A DNA stretch of 64,000 nt, from the NCBI GenBank assembly GCA_027491915.1, contig JAOZGC010000001.1:131839-195838 (forward strand), read 5' to 3'. Each line of letters opens with the position of its first letter. Positions within the stretch are counted from its first letter, which is position 1. Under the pieces are notes generated by a model. The model did no database searches, was not told the origin of the DNA, and was given only the letters and a program-made list of their open reading frames with translations. This stretch comes from Thermoproteota archaeon (lineage in GTDB: Archaea > Korarchaeota > Korarchaeia > Korarchaeales > Korarchaeaceae). Shown here piece by piece: positions 19,974-29,615 of this stretch. The position numbers and the translations under genes were made by a program.

Positions 19974-20936
19974 TCACCCCCCGCCGGCCCGGCCCCAGGC
20001 CGGCCGGGAGATGCTCCTGACCGGCCCGTCGACGAGGTGCTCGGGGACCTCCCCTCCCATGGACTCCACCGTCCGGCAGAAGGAGCACACCTCGGTCCTG
20101 CTGGGGAAGCCGCACCTGGAGCACGTCCCCATCTCGACGGGCCTGCCGAGGACGCCAGCCCTCCTCGCCAGCTCCCTGACGGAGCTCACCAGGTTGACCT
20201 TAGAGTCCGGCCACGTTGACTGGATCTCGTCGAGCAGGGGCTTTATGAGCCTCTGCTTGTCGAAGGCGTCCGGGGGACACCCAGCCTCGCAGGGCTCCAG
20301 TCCCCTGAGCCTGACGTAGCTGGCCGAGTCGGCGTCCCCAAGCCAGAACAGCGGCCTCACCCTCCCGACCAGTCCCCTGTCGAGCATGGGCGGGGTGACC
20401 GAGTCGAGGTACCTCAGGAAGGAGACGTTGTGGGTTATCAGGTTGTTCAGGGCGAAGTAGGCGTTGTCGTCCAGGTTGTGGCCCGTGGCCACGTAGTCGT
20501 AGCCAGCCTCGTAGGCGTACCTGTTCAGGACGTACCTGGTCACCGTGCCGCACAGCGCGCAGGCGTCCCTCGGATCGCTCAGGGACACGCCCAGCCTCTC
20601 CTTCAGCGAGAAGATCTCCCCGGGGATCCCGAGCTCTCCTGTCACCCTGCGGAAGAGGTCCGCGCACTCCTCCCTCCCGCCCGGGTCTATCATGAGGGCC
20701 CCGAGCTCGAGCCCGTACTCCCCGGCCTCGTCCGCCAGGGCCAGGAGGGTGGAGAGGGAGTCCTTCCCGCCGGAGACCCCGACCAGCACCTTCCTCCCCC
20801 TCCCGAGCCTGTTGAGGACCCTCCTGACCCTCTTCCTGAAGTACCTCATGAAGTGCTCCTCGCAGACCCAGTCCCCCAGGTTCGGCACGAAGACCTCTCC
20901 CCTCCTGCCGCAGTACCTGCACCGACCTCCCGCCAT
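19974..20936 (-). CDS. ttuA: tRNA 2-thiolation protein, TtuA/Ncs6 family
   Basis: N-terminal CxxC...CxxH zinc finger, SGGKDS PP-loop, CALC, ATGHNLDD, third Cys (GCPP), C-terminal CxxC...CxxC; ATG at 20936. Confidence 0.85.
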   Translation of the reverse strand: MAGGRCRYCGRRGEVFVPNLGDWVCEEHFMRYFRKRVRRVLNRLGRGRKVLVGVSGGKDSLSTLLALADEAGEYGLELGALMIDPGGREECADLFRRVTGELGIPGEIFSLKERLGVSLSDPRDACALCGTVTRYVLNRYAYEAGYDYVATGHNLDDNAYFALNNLITHNVSFLRYLDSVTPPMLDRGLVGRVRPLFWLGDADSASYVRLRGLEPCEAGCPPDAFDKQRLIKPLLDEIQSTWPDSKVNLVSSVRELARRAGVLGRPVEMGTCSRCGFPSRTEVCSFCRTVESMGGEVPEHLVDGPVRSISRPAWGRAGGG

Positions 20937-20961
20937 CCGGCGGGCCGCCCGGCCCCTCCTT

Positions 20962-21426
20962 TTAATCGGCCGCCGCCCCGGCGCCGGCGCGCGCCGCGAT
21001 CGCCTCCGCCGCCGCGTCCGCGATCCCCACCGCTGCCGCCGCCAGGGCCACCAGGGCGGGGACCGACAGGTCAACTTCCACCCGGACCGTCCTCCCCCCG
21101 ACGGCGACCGAGAGGACCGACCTCCCCGCGCTGAGGGGGTCCCCCAGGCCGAGGGCCGTCAGGATCGACAGGGCGGCCAGCCCGATCGAGGCCGCCCTGA
21201 GCATGGCGTCCGCCTCGCCCCCCTCCCGCGCGAGGGCCCTGGCGGCCGTCGCCGCCGCCAGCGCGGCGCCCGCGGCGGAGACCCTGAGGGAGGAGTCCCA
21301 GACGCTCGGGCTCAGGATCCGGACGTCGGGGATGCCCCCGAGGATCGCGGCCGCCGCCAGCGGTCCGGCGACCAGGAGGATCGCCTCGGCTGAGGCCTCC
21401 AACAGCGGCCGGATCCTGACCCTCAC
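20962..21426 (-). CDS. Hypothetical membrane protein
   Basis: Several hydrophobic segments; coupled to the upstream ORF. Confidence 0.65.
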   Translation of the reverse strand: MRVRIRPLLEASAEAILLVAGPLAAAAILGGIPDVRILSPSVWDSSLRVSAAGAALAAATAARALAREGGEADAMLRAASIGLAALSILTALGLGDPLSAGRSVLSVAVGGRTVRVEVDLSVPALVALAAAAVGIADAAAEAIAARAGAGAAAD

Positions 21427-21827
21427 CCGCCGGTCACCTCCGACTCGATGGTCACCGAGGCGAGCCCGCCGGCCGAGACCGACAGGCCGATCCTCAGGGC
21501 GGATGGGGGGCCAGGCGAACGGACGCTGAGGGCGACGAGCCCCCGACCCAGCGGGGGGAGGGCGACCCCCTGCTCCCCCTCCCCGATCTCCGACCCGCCA
21601 GGCCCGAGGACCTCGACCCTGACCTTCACCTCGACGGGTAGGACCCCCCGGTTCTCCGCCCGGGACGAGAGTTCCACCCGGTCCGGATAGACCGCCACCC
21701 TGGCGCCCCCCATGGAGGCCAGCACCGACAGCATGGAGTGGAGGGACAGGGCCGCCAGCAGGACTGAGGCGATCCAGAGCGCCCGGGAGACCCTCCCGAG
21801 CTGGCCCAAGGCCGCCACCCCCCTCAA
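21423..21827 (-). CDS. Hypothetical protein with N-terminal TM and beta-rich (Ig/LEA-like) domain
   Basis: TM followed by AENRG.LPV.V.V.V; 4-nt overlaps on both sides. Confidence 0.65.
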   Translation of the reverse strand: MRGVAALGQLGRVSRALWIASVLLAALSLHSMLSVLASMGGARVAVYPDRVELSSRAENRGVLPVEVKVRVEVLGPGGSEIGEGEQGVALPPLGRGLVALSVRSPGPPSALRIGLSVSAGGLASVTIESEVTGG

Positions 21828-22945
21828 CGCGGCAGCGCGGAGCTCAACCTCCTGAGGATCTCCCTCCTCTCCCCGGGCTGCAGGTCGGCCCCCTCGACCA
21901 GCTCCTCCAGGAGGGAGATGGCCCTGTCCATCCTGCCGACGTCCACCGGGTAGGGCACCCCGTCCTTCCCCCCGAAGGCGAACGAGTACCTCAGGGGATC
22001 CCTGCGGCTGACCTCCACCCCCTCCACGAGCTCCGCCAGGAGCGCCAGCGCCCTGACCGTGGCGGGTCCCACCCCCCTCACCGCCACGAGCTCCTCATAA
22101 CCGTCGACCCCCATCTCGTAGGCCCTCCTCAGGGCCTCCCAGTTCACCCGCCTAGGCATGACCAGGTAACTGGCCCCGCCCGCCCCCCGTCCCCCGTCGC
22201 CTCCCTCCCCCAGGTAGGGGGACAGCGGCCCCCTCAGGGCCTCCCTCAACGCGGAGGCCAGTTTCCTCGGCCCCTCCCTCACCAGGTCTACCGACGCCCC
22301 CCTCGCCTCCCGGCTGGCCTTGGACGTCATGTCGAGCACCGACCTCTCCGACCTGTCCCCCATGATCCCGGAGTGCGGCTCCTCCACGAAGCTCTCAAGG
22401 CCCTCGCCCAGCCAGTGGTACCGCCTGGCGGTCTGGGCCCGCGGGTTCATCCCCTGCTGGACCACCGCCCAGAGACCGTCCTCCGTCACGAACACCGCGT
22501 GGTGGTACAGGGAGTACCCGTCCTGCAGGACCGCCGAGTCGACCTTCGCCGCCATCCTGCTGGCCCTCAGCATCTCGGAGGCCCTCTCCCCTCCCAGCCC
22601 GAGTCGACCGGCCGCCTCGATCACCTCCCGGGGGACCTCCCTGGAGGCCCTCCCCTTCCCCCCGACGACCAGGACCCCGAGCTCCCCGTCCGCCAGGGCA
22701 TCCCTGATGGCGGCCGTCAGCACAGTCGTGACGCCGGAGGAGTGCCAGTCGTACCCCAGGGCGCAGCCCAGGGCCTGGAACCAGACCGGATCCGAAACCC
22801 TCCTGAGGAGTTCCGCCCTCCCGCGGTCTTCTACCAGGATCTTCATCAGGATCCCGGAGAGCCTCCTCATCCTGTCGTAGAGCCACCTCGGGGCCCGCCC
22901 CGAGTGGAGCGGCAGGACCGCCACCCCGGACCTCCTCAACCTCAC
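21824..22945 (-). CDS. DUF763 family protein
   Basis: RSG.A.LPLH.G.AP.WL, DP.WFQA.GC.LG.DWHSSG.TT, AKVD..LQDGY.LYHH, VQQGMN, ARRYHW, GVGP.TVRAL, AFGGKDGVPYPVD; start uncertain (22939-22996). Confidence 0.92.
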   Translation of the reverse strand: MRLRRSGVAVLPLHSGRAPRWLYDRMRRLSGILMKILVEDRGRAELLRRVSDPVWFQALGCALGYDWHSSGVTTVLTAAIRDALADGELGVLVVGGKGRASREVPREVIEAAGRLGLGGERASEMLRASRMAAKVDSAVLQDGYSLYHHAVFVTEDGLWAVVQQGMNPRAQTARRYHWLGEGLESFVEEPHSGIMGDRSERSVLDMTSKASREARGASVDLVREGPRKLASALREALRGPLSPYLGEGGDGGRGAGGASYLVMPRRVNWEALRRAYEMGVDGYEELVAVRGVGPATVRALALLAELVEGVEVSRRDPLRYSFAFGGKDGVPYPVDVGRMDRAISLLEELVEGADLQPGERREILRRLSSALPR

Positions 22946-22982
22946 CGCCCCCGGATCTGGGTCCGCGCGGCGGGCCGCCCGC

Positions 22983-23165
22983 TCAGTCCTTCCCACTCGG
23001 GACCGCGAACTTGTCCCTCTTCCTCGCTCCCCTCTTCCGGCACTTGGAGATCTCCGGATACATCAGCTCCTCGAGCGCGAACAGGTCCTCGGGAACATCT
23101 TCGACGAAGTTATCGCCCTCCTCCCCCCTGTTCCCGTCTCCCTCGTGGTCCCCCACCGAGATCAC
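22983..23165 (-). CDS. Candidate small protein (60 aa, acidic then basic)
   Basis: TTTATAAA box on the minus strand near 23190 and GGAGGT before the GTG; first ORF of a long minus-strand run. Confidence 0.45.
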   Translation of the reverse strand: MISVGDHEGDGNRGEEGDNFVEDVPEDLFALEELMYPEISKCRKRGARKRDKFAVPSGKD

Positions 23166-23364
23166 CCGCCGATACCTCCGGCGGCGTTTTTATAAACCTC
23201 CGCACTCGACCCCCTCCCCTCCTCCCTCCCGCACGGATCTCCCGCCGGGTCCCGAGGCGGGGGCGGCTATCCTCATTCGTGAAATTGTTGAGCGGCTCCC
23301 GTCCCGGATCTCCCGGACGCCGATTCTCCGGACCCGGGGCTTCGTCCTCCTTTGTATTTTCTAT

Positions 23365-23413
23365 TGTTATATAACAGGGTTTTTGATATGAAATTTGATT
23401 CAAAAATTTCATA
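23365..23413. promoter_or_regulatory. Operator-like palindromes upstream of the fdh operon
   Basis: TGTTATATAACA (23365-23376) and TATGAAATTT-N7-AAATTTCATA (23387-23413) in an AT-rich island. Confidence 0.7.
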
Positions 23414-23471
23414 CAACAAAGTTATATTATTCTGACAGCTCGGCGCCGACAGCCCACTCAATAGGGGTGGG

Positions 23472-26400
23472 GTGAAACCGTTGGAGGAGACCGTTTCCGT
23501 AACCAGGAGGAGTTTTCTGAAGATGGCGGGCCTTGGAACCGTACCGATATTCCTCGGAGAGTCTGCGCGGGCGGTACTGGCAAAACCGCAGCCGAAGCGC
23601 TATGCCCTCGGTGAAATAAGTGGAAGGCGGCTGGAGGAAGCCCGGGAGATAAGGGGGATCTGCGCCTACTGCTCCGTCGGGTGCGGGATCATATTTCACC
23701 GCGTCGGAGACAAGGTGATACACGTAGAGGGCGATCCAGACAACCCGCTCAACGAGGGCAAGCTCTGTCCAAAGGGCCTGGCCTCCATAGAGCTGTTCGG
23801 TCAGAACAACCCGCGGAGGCTCAGGACCCCCATGATAAGGGTGAACCCAAAGCCGCCGGCCGACGAGCTCAAGTCCGTCAGGAGCCAGGACGAGCTGAGG
23901 GCCGTCCTCGAGAAGTACAAGCCGGAGTGGAAGCCGGTGACCTGGGAGGACGCCTTCGAGTACATAGCCGAGCGGATGAAGGCCATCCTGGACGAGGTCG
24001 GCTGGAGCCCGGTCCAGTCCGACGGCTACTACTACAAGGGCAAGATGTTTCCGATGATGATAGAGGCCGGCGCCAAGCTGACCAACGAGGAGGCCTACAT
24101 AATAAGGAAGATCTCCGCCCTGATGGGCTCGAACAACATAGACCACGACGCCAGGAGGTGCCACTCCACCACCGTGGCGGGCCTGGCGGGGACCGTCGGG
24201 TTCGGCGCCCAGACCCAGACCTTCATAGACACCCAGTTCATATCCGCCTACCTGATATTCGGCGGGAACCCGGCCGAGGCCCATCCCGTCAGCATGGGCC
24301 ACACCCTCAAGGGCAAGGAGAGGGGGACCCTGACCCTGATAGTGGTGGACCCGAGGTACAACAGGACCGCCAGCCAGGCCGACATATTCGCCTTCTTCAG
24401 GCCTGGCAGCGACCTGGCCTTCCTGCTCTACATACTGCACTACGCCTTCTGGGAGAGGAGTCCCCCGGTCGACCAGCTCGACACCTTCAGGGAGTTCGCC
24501 CAGAGGTTCAACGTGGACCTGGACGAGATAGCCGAGTTCAAGGAGATAGCCAAGGACTACACGGCCGAGGAGGTATCCAAGATAACCGGCATACCGGTGG
24601 ACAAGTTGAGGCAGATAGCCCAGACCTACGTGGAGAACTCAGGGGTGACGACCAACTTCAAGAGGTTCGGCTCCATACAGTGGGCCATGGGGCAGACCCA
24701 GCACCACGTGGGGACCCAGATAACCAGGCTGAGCACCCTGGTCCAGCTCACCCTGGGTAACATGGGGTTCCCGGGAGGGGGTCTGAACCCGTACAGGGGC
24801 CACAGCAACGTCCAGGGGACCACCGACATGTGCATCCTGGCCCACATCCTCCCCGGGTACATCAAGCTCCCGAGCAGCGTCGTGCAGATCAGGACCTATC
24901 AGGACTGGAAGAACCAGGGGTTCCCGGACGCGTGGCACTGGGAGATCCCTGAATGGGCCGGCGACTCCTTCGGCCCGCACGAGAGGGGCAGCGTCAACTC
25001 CTCCAAGATACTCTGGAGCTGGTGGTTCCACAACTGGAGGAAGTTCGAGCTGACCTGGGGGATCTTCGTCGGGACGGACCCGGAGGACGACCCGCAGAAC
25101 GGCACCCCCATAAGCGACATACCCTTCGGCGCGGGCTACACCGAGAACACCTGGTGGCAGGGCGTCATATTCGACGACGTCATCAAGGCCGCCGTGATAA
25201 TGGCCGAGAACCCGGCCGTCAGCAACGCGGACACCCTGACCGAGTACATCGCCCTGGCCTCCCTCGATCTGCTGGTGGTGGTCGACCTCTGGGAGACCGA
25301 GACCGCCACCTTCGCCGACGTCCTGCTGCCGGGGGCCGTCCAGTACGAGAAGTACGGCAGCATAACCAACAGCAACAGGTGGCTCCAGTGGCAGGACCGC
25401 GTCGTCCCCCCGGCCGGGGACGCGAAGCCCGACCTCTGGATAATGGTGAAGATGTGGGACTACTTCAGGAAGAACGGGGTCGCCAGGCTGCCGAGCGAGA
25501 TCTACGGCAAGACCGAGGAGAGGGTCCGGATAAGGAACCCGTACACCGGAGAGCCGGTGCACCTCTACGACAGGAAGATATCCCCGTTCATGGACTACGC
25601 CACCGGGAGGTACCCCGATCCGGACTACGCCTACGTCGACCCGGAGCTGATATACAGGGAGATAGACCTGGCGGTGGACCTCTACAACGGCATGTACGAC
25701 TGGGCCGCCCACAAGAACCTCTCCAAGAGGAGGATCCCGATACTCAGGGGCGAGAACGAGATAGACGGGATACTGGACTCGACCTACCAGATGCACAAGG
25801 ACTGGGGGTGGACCTGGCCCAAGAACATAAGGATCCTGTACAACCTGTGGACCCTGTCCAAGACCCTGGAGAGGACCGTCACCTACACCTTCCCCGCCGG
25901 GAAGTACGCGGTGGGTCCCGAGCTGGACGGTCAGACCTTCACCATAACCGGCGAGACCGGGGAGATAAGGGACGCCAAGACCGGGGAGTGGAGGCCGGCC
26001 TTCATACCGGGCCACAACTTCGTCATAGGGAAGTTCTACAAGAGGGCCTGGAGCGGCATGGCGGACATATTCACCGGGGCCGTCAGCCCCAGGGACCTGC
26101 TCTACGACGAGAGGGTGGTGGACAAGTTCGTCGTGTTCCACGAGGACGGAACCTACGAGATCCTTTCCTCCCGGGACATGGGGGTGAAGTGCGTCCTCTG
26201 CGAGAGCTTCTACTACGACCCAGAGGTTGTCTTCTCGGGCAAGGCCAACTACAAGAAGCCCTACTACAAGGGGACCAAGGACCTTGGGGACGGGAGGATC
26301 CTGAAGTACGTCGGGTTCTACGACTGGGTCAAGGTCAGGGACGCCTTCTCCCAGGAGCTCGAGCAGCTGGCCTCCAGCATGGGGTTCAGGCAGGCCGTCA

Positions 26401-27125
26401 TAGAGATGAAGAGCAGGTACGGGGAGTGGTACGCCTACCCGAGCCCGGACAACCCCAACGAGATCTGGGCCTGGGACATGAGGTACCCGATCCACTACGA
26501 GCCGGCGGAGACCATATGCAGGGAGCTGGCCGTGAAGTACCCGGCCATGGCCTGGAGGAGGAAGGAGAACTTCAACCTCATAAGCCCGCCCAACCCGTAC
26601 TACCAGGAGATAGCGGACACCGTCAACATAGTGCCCGACGAGATGGAGGTCCCCGAGGGGGCGGTCGTCGTCACGGCCACGACGAACAGGCTGACGGAGC
26701 ACTTCCACACCGGTCAGCTGACGAGGAACGTCCCGCTGCTGGCCGAGCTGGTGCCAGAGCCCTTCGTGGACATACCTAAGCCCCTGGCCGACCGCCTGGG
26801 GATAAAGTCCGGGGACATAGTGGAGGTGGGCAACAACAGGAGCAGGATATACCTCAGGGCCATGGTGACCAACAGGGTCCCGACCCTGAAGATAGGATCC
26901 CAGGGCAAGGACTGCTACACGGTGAACCTGCCGTGGCACTGGGGATGGGCGGGGGCCCACAGCACCTACGCCGTGGCCAACACGGTGTCCGGGATATACA
27001 TGGACACCGTGACGACGATGCAGGAGACGAAGACCTTCCTGGTCTACATCAGGAAGGCGTCGCCCGCCAAGTACGACTACAGGCCGGGTGAGGAGAACAG
27101 GCCCGAGGTCCAGGTGAGGTGGTGA
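23472..27125 (+). CDS. fdhA: Tat-exported Mo/W-bisPGD formate dehydrogenase alpha subunit (FdnG-like, Cys form)
   Basis: TRRSFLK twin-arginine motif, CAYCSVGC...CPKG [4Fe-4S], RRCHSTT ligand Cys-His, GGNPAEAHP, RGHSNVQG, RLTEHFHTG. Confidence 0.95.
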   Translation: MKPLEETVSVTRRSFLKMAGLGTVPIFLGESARAVLAKPQPKRYALGEISGRRLEEAREIRGICAYCSVGCGIIFHRVGDKVIHVEGDPDNPLNEGKLCPKGLASIELFGQNNPRRLRTPMIRVNPKPPADELKSVRSQDELRAVLEKYKPEWKPVTWEDAFEYIAERMKAILDEVGWSPVQSDGYYYKGKMFPMMIEAGAKLTNEEAYIIRKISALMGSNNIDHDARRCHSTTVAGLAGTVGFGAQTQTFIDTQFISAYLIFGGNPAEAHPVSMGHTLKGKERGTLTLIVVDPRYNRTASQADIFAFFRPGSDLAFLLYILHYAFWERSPPVDQLDTFREFAQRFNVDLDEIAEFKEIAKDYTAEEVSKITGIPVDKLRQIAQTYVENSGVTTNFKRFGSIQWAMGQTQHHVGTQITRLSTLVQLTLGNMGFPGGGLNPYRGHSNVQGTTDMCILAHILPGYIKLPSSVVQIRTYQDWKNQGFPDAWHWEIPEWAGDSFGPHERGSVNSSKILWSWWFHNWRKFELTWGIFVGTDPEDDPQNGTPISDIPFGAGYTENTWWQGVIFDDVIKAAVIMAENPAVSNADTLTEYIALASLDLLVVVDLWETETATFADVLLPGAVQYEKYGSITNSNRWLQWQDRVVPPAGDAKPDLWIMVKMWDYFRKNGVARLPSEIYGKTEERVRIRNPYTGEPVHLYDRKISPFMDYATGRYPDPDYAYVDPELIYREIDLAVDLYNGMYDWAAHKNLSKRRIPILRGENEIDGILDSTYQMHKDWGWTWPKNIRILYNLWTLSKTLERTVTYTFPAGKYAVGPELDGQTFTITGETGEIRDAKTGEWRPAFIPGHNFVIGKFYKRAWSGMADIFTGAVSPRDLLYDERVVDKFVVFHEDGTYEILSSRDMGVKCVLCESFYYDPEVVFSGKANYKKPYYKGTKDLGDGRILKYVGFYDWVKVRDAFSQELEQLASSMGFRQAVIEMKSRYGEWYAYPSPDNPNEIWAWDMRYPIHYEPAETICRELAVKYPAMAWRRKENFNLISPPNPYYQEIADTVNIVPDEMEVPEGAVVVTATTNRLTEHFHTGQLTRNVPLLAELVPEPFVDIPKPLADRLGIKSGDIVEVGNNRSRIYLRAMVTNRVPTLKIGSQGKDCYTVNLPWHWGWAGAHSTYAVANTVSGIYMDTVTTMQETKTFLVYIRKASPAKYDYRPGEENRPEVQVRW

Positions 27126-27127
27126 TC

Positions 27128-27937
27128 ATGGCCGCCGGAGAGAAGGCGATTGTTTTCAACCCCGACGTCTGCATCGGGTGCCGCGCCTGCCAGACCGCCT
27201 GCCACGTCTGGAACGGCACCAGGCCCGAGGTCACGGACTTCTCGCCGTCCTTCACCAACCCCCAGGATCTCATGCCCAACGTCTGGATGATAATGACCTA
27301 CAAGGAGGTGGGCCAGGGAGACGGCTTCGACTGGCTCTTCCTCAAGAGGCAGTGCATGCACTGCAGCGAGGCGCCCTGCGCCAAGGCCTGTCCTGTCGGG
27401 GCCATCGAGGTCCACCCGGACGGGTCCGTGGTGATCAGGTCGGACCGCTGCATAGGCTGCAGGTACTGCGTGGAGGCCTGCCCCTACGACGTCCCCAGGT
27501 ACGACCCGACCACCAACAAGGTGTACAAGTGCACCATGTGCATAGACAGGACCCAGAACGGGCTGGAGCCGGCCTGCGTCTCGGCCTGCCCGACCGGGGC
27601 CCTGGAGTACGGGGACTACGACTCCCTCGTCTCCAAGTACAGGTCCGGCGGGTACGAGGTCTACGGGGACCAGGTCAACGACTACGTCGGCCACACCCAC
27701 TACGTGTACGTCACCAAGAGGTGGGCCGGCAAGCTGACCGACCCCGAGTACTTCGGGGAGCACCTGCCAGCCAACCCGCGGAAGCCCGCCGTGCAGTTCA
27801 GCAAGGGCATCGTGAGGCCCGTCGGCTGGGGCCTCGTGGGGCTCACGGCGATCGGCCTGCTGGGGCACCTGGCCTTCTGGCGCTCCAAGCGCATGGAGGA
27901 GCAGGAGCAAGAGGGCGGAAAGGGAGGTAAGAAGTGA
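27128..27937 (+). CDS. fdhB: Formate dehydrogenase iron-sulfur beta subunit (FdnH-like)
   Basis: Four [4Fe-4S] Cys groups (CIGCRAC, CMHC..PC..AC, CIGCRYC, KCTMC..PAC..AC) and a C-terminal TM. Confidence 0.95.
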   Translation: MAAGEKAIVFNPDVCIGCRACQTACHVWNGTRPEVTDFSPSFTNPQDLMPNVWMIMTYKEVGQGDGFDWLFLKRQCMHCSEAPCAKACPVGAIEVHPDGSVVIRSDRCIGCRYCVEACPYDVPRYDPTTNKVYKCTMCIDRTQNGLEPACVSACPTGALEYGDYDSLVSKYRSGGYEVYGDQVNDYVGHTHYVYVTKRWAGKLTDPEYFGEHLPANPRKPAVQFSKGIVRPVGWGLVGLTAIGLLGHLAFWRSKRMEEQEQEGGKGGKK

Positions 27938-27962
27938 GGAAGGGAAGAAGGAGGTGATTTGG

Positions 27963-28667
27963 ATGATGGAGGGAATGATCAGGGCCTTCAAGGAGTCTCA
28001 GATGTGGGTCCACATGCACCTCATACATTTCGTCGCGGCCTTCATAGTGTCCGGGCTGCCGCTGATAAGCAGGGACTGGTTCGGCTGGATAGCCTCCGCC
28101 GTCGGGTATCCGATATCGGAGGTCCTCGGCGGGTCCTACGCCCCCTACTCCATGGGAATACAGATACTGCGCTGGATACACAGGATCTCGGCTTTCGGGC
28201 TCGCGCTGGTGCTGGTCCCGTACATACTGCTGGAGATCTTCAGGATAACCAGCTGGGAGTCCTGGCCTGAGTGCTGGAGCCTCGGGTGCCTGTCCAGGGG
28301 GATCAGGGAGCTGATAGACTACTACGTCCACAAGAGGAGGGTGGAATTCGGCAAGTACAACCTGGGACAGAAGCTCTGGATATGGCTGGCGGCCCTCGGG
28401 CTTATCTGGATGTACTCGACGGGCATAGTGCTGTGGTTCAGGGACTGGTTCGATCCCGGCCTCTGGAGCCTGGCCCACGAGCTCCACGACATAGGGTTCT
28501 TCCTGGCGGTGATACTGCTGGCGGTGCACGTCTACCTGGCCACCATGATACCGGAGCACAGGCCCATGCTCGACGCCATGTTCAGGACCGGCTACCTCCC
28601 GGAGGAGTTCGTCAGGGACCACCACCCGAGGTGGTACAGGAAGCTTAAGGGCGAGGAGGGCGGCTGA
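27963..28667 (+). CDS. fdhC: Formate dehydrogenase cytochrome b gamma subunit (FdnI-like)
   Basis: Four TMs with heme His residues, GKYNLGQK, HP.WY; GAGGTGA SD before ATG 27963. Confidence 0.93.
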   Translation: MMEGMIRAFKESQMWVHMHLIHFVAAFIVSGLPLISRDWFGWIASAVGYPISEVLGGSYAPYSMGIQILRWIHRISAFGLALVLVPYILLEIFRITSWESWPECWSLGCLSRGIRELIDYYVHKRRVEFGKYNLGQKLWIWLAALGLIWMYSTGIVLWFRDWFDPGLWSLAHELHDIGFFLAVILLAVHVYLATMIPEHRPMLDAMFRTGYLPEEFVRDHHPRWYRKLKGEEGG

Positions 28668-28672
28668 ACCAA

Positions 28673-29527
28673 GTGGACCCAGATGAGACGTCGCTGAGGG
28701 AGGCCGTCGACCTGCTCTCCATGGAGCGGCCCGATGGCCGCCCCTCCCTCCTTTTTCTCGCGGATCTCTTGGATGTTCAGGAGGAGATTAGCAGATCGCT
28801 TGTCGCCGAGATCGAGGGCGCCGACGAGCTGAGGGAGGCCGCCAGGAGGGCGATCGATGAGGGTAGGCCCGTCCTGGAGGTCACCGGTCTGCCGGAGGTG
28901 CCGCGCGACCTCATCCTGCGGGCCACCCGCGAGGTACTGGGGGTCGTGGAGAGGCACAGGGACGACCTGGCGGATCAGGTTGCGGAGCTGCGCGGGGCCG
29001 TCGAGGATGGGAGGCTCAGGCCCATGGCCCTCCTCTCCGCCGTGCTCAGGGGAGACCTGGACACGATCCAGAGGGCTGCCGAGTCCGTCGGCGTCGACTC
29101 CCAGCTGCTCCACGCGGTGGTCCTCTGGGTGACCCAGCCCGCCCTGAGGGCGGTCGCCTCCCTCGTCTCCGGGGAGCTGAACCTCGAGAGGTGGTACAGG
29201 GGGTACTGCCCGGTCTGCGGCAGCAGGACGAGGATCGGCTACATGAGGGGCGAGGGGAAGAAGCTATTCCTCAGGTGCGACGTGTGCGGCACGGAGTGGC
29301 CCTTCAGGAGGGTGACCTGCCCCTTCTGCGGGAACGAGGATCAGGAGAGGCTGGGATACATAGTGGTAGACGGCGACAGGAGGTTCAGGCTCTACCACTG
29401 CGACGAGTGCGGGTCTTACTGGAAGGTGGTCGACGAGGAGCTGGTCGGCAGGAGGGTGCCCAGGGAGCTATACGACTTCTGGACGTCCCACCTCGACGAG
29501 GTGGCCGCCGAGAGGGGGATGAGGTAG
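28673..29527 (+). CDS. fdhE: Formate dehydrogenase maturation protein FdhE
   Basis: CPVCG, CDVCGTEW, R..CPFCG, CDECGSY four CxxC pairs; directly after the fdh genes. Confidence 0.93.
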   Translation: MDPDETSLREAVDLLSMERPDGRPSLLFLADLLDVQEEISRSLVAEIEGADELREAARRAIDEGRPVLEVTGLPEVPRDLILRATREVLGVVERHRDDLADQVAELRGAVEDGRLRPMALLSAVLRGDLDTIQRAAESVGVDSQLLHAVVLWVTQPALRAVASLVSGELNLERWYRGYCPVCGSRTRIGYMRGEGKKLFLRCDVCGTEWPFRRVTCPFCGNEDQERLGYIVVDGDRRFRLYHCDECGSYWKVVDEELVGRRVPRELYDFWTSHLDEVAAERGMR

Positions 29528-29615
29528 GGCGACCCTCTCCGCCCCCCGGCCCGCCGCCCCCGCGGCGTCGGGTCGTCCCATTTTATTTCCGCCCGGTCCG
29601 GGGTCCGGAGCCCGG

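Noticed and set aside
24150-24175. Possible selenocysteine recoding in Fdh alpha
   Set aside because: The ligand codon is TGC (Cys) in RRCHSTT; there is no in-frame TGA
24639-26960. 773-aa antisense ORF (and many similar long shadow ORFs, e.g. 55324-57495, 24953-26779)
   Set aside because: They overlap well-supported genes and have low-complexity G/R/P/V/H-rich translations, as expected from stop-codon scarcity at high GC
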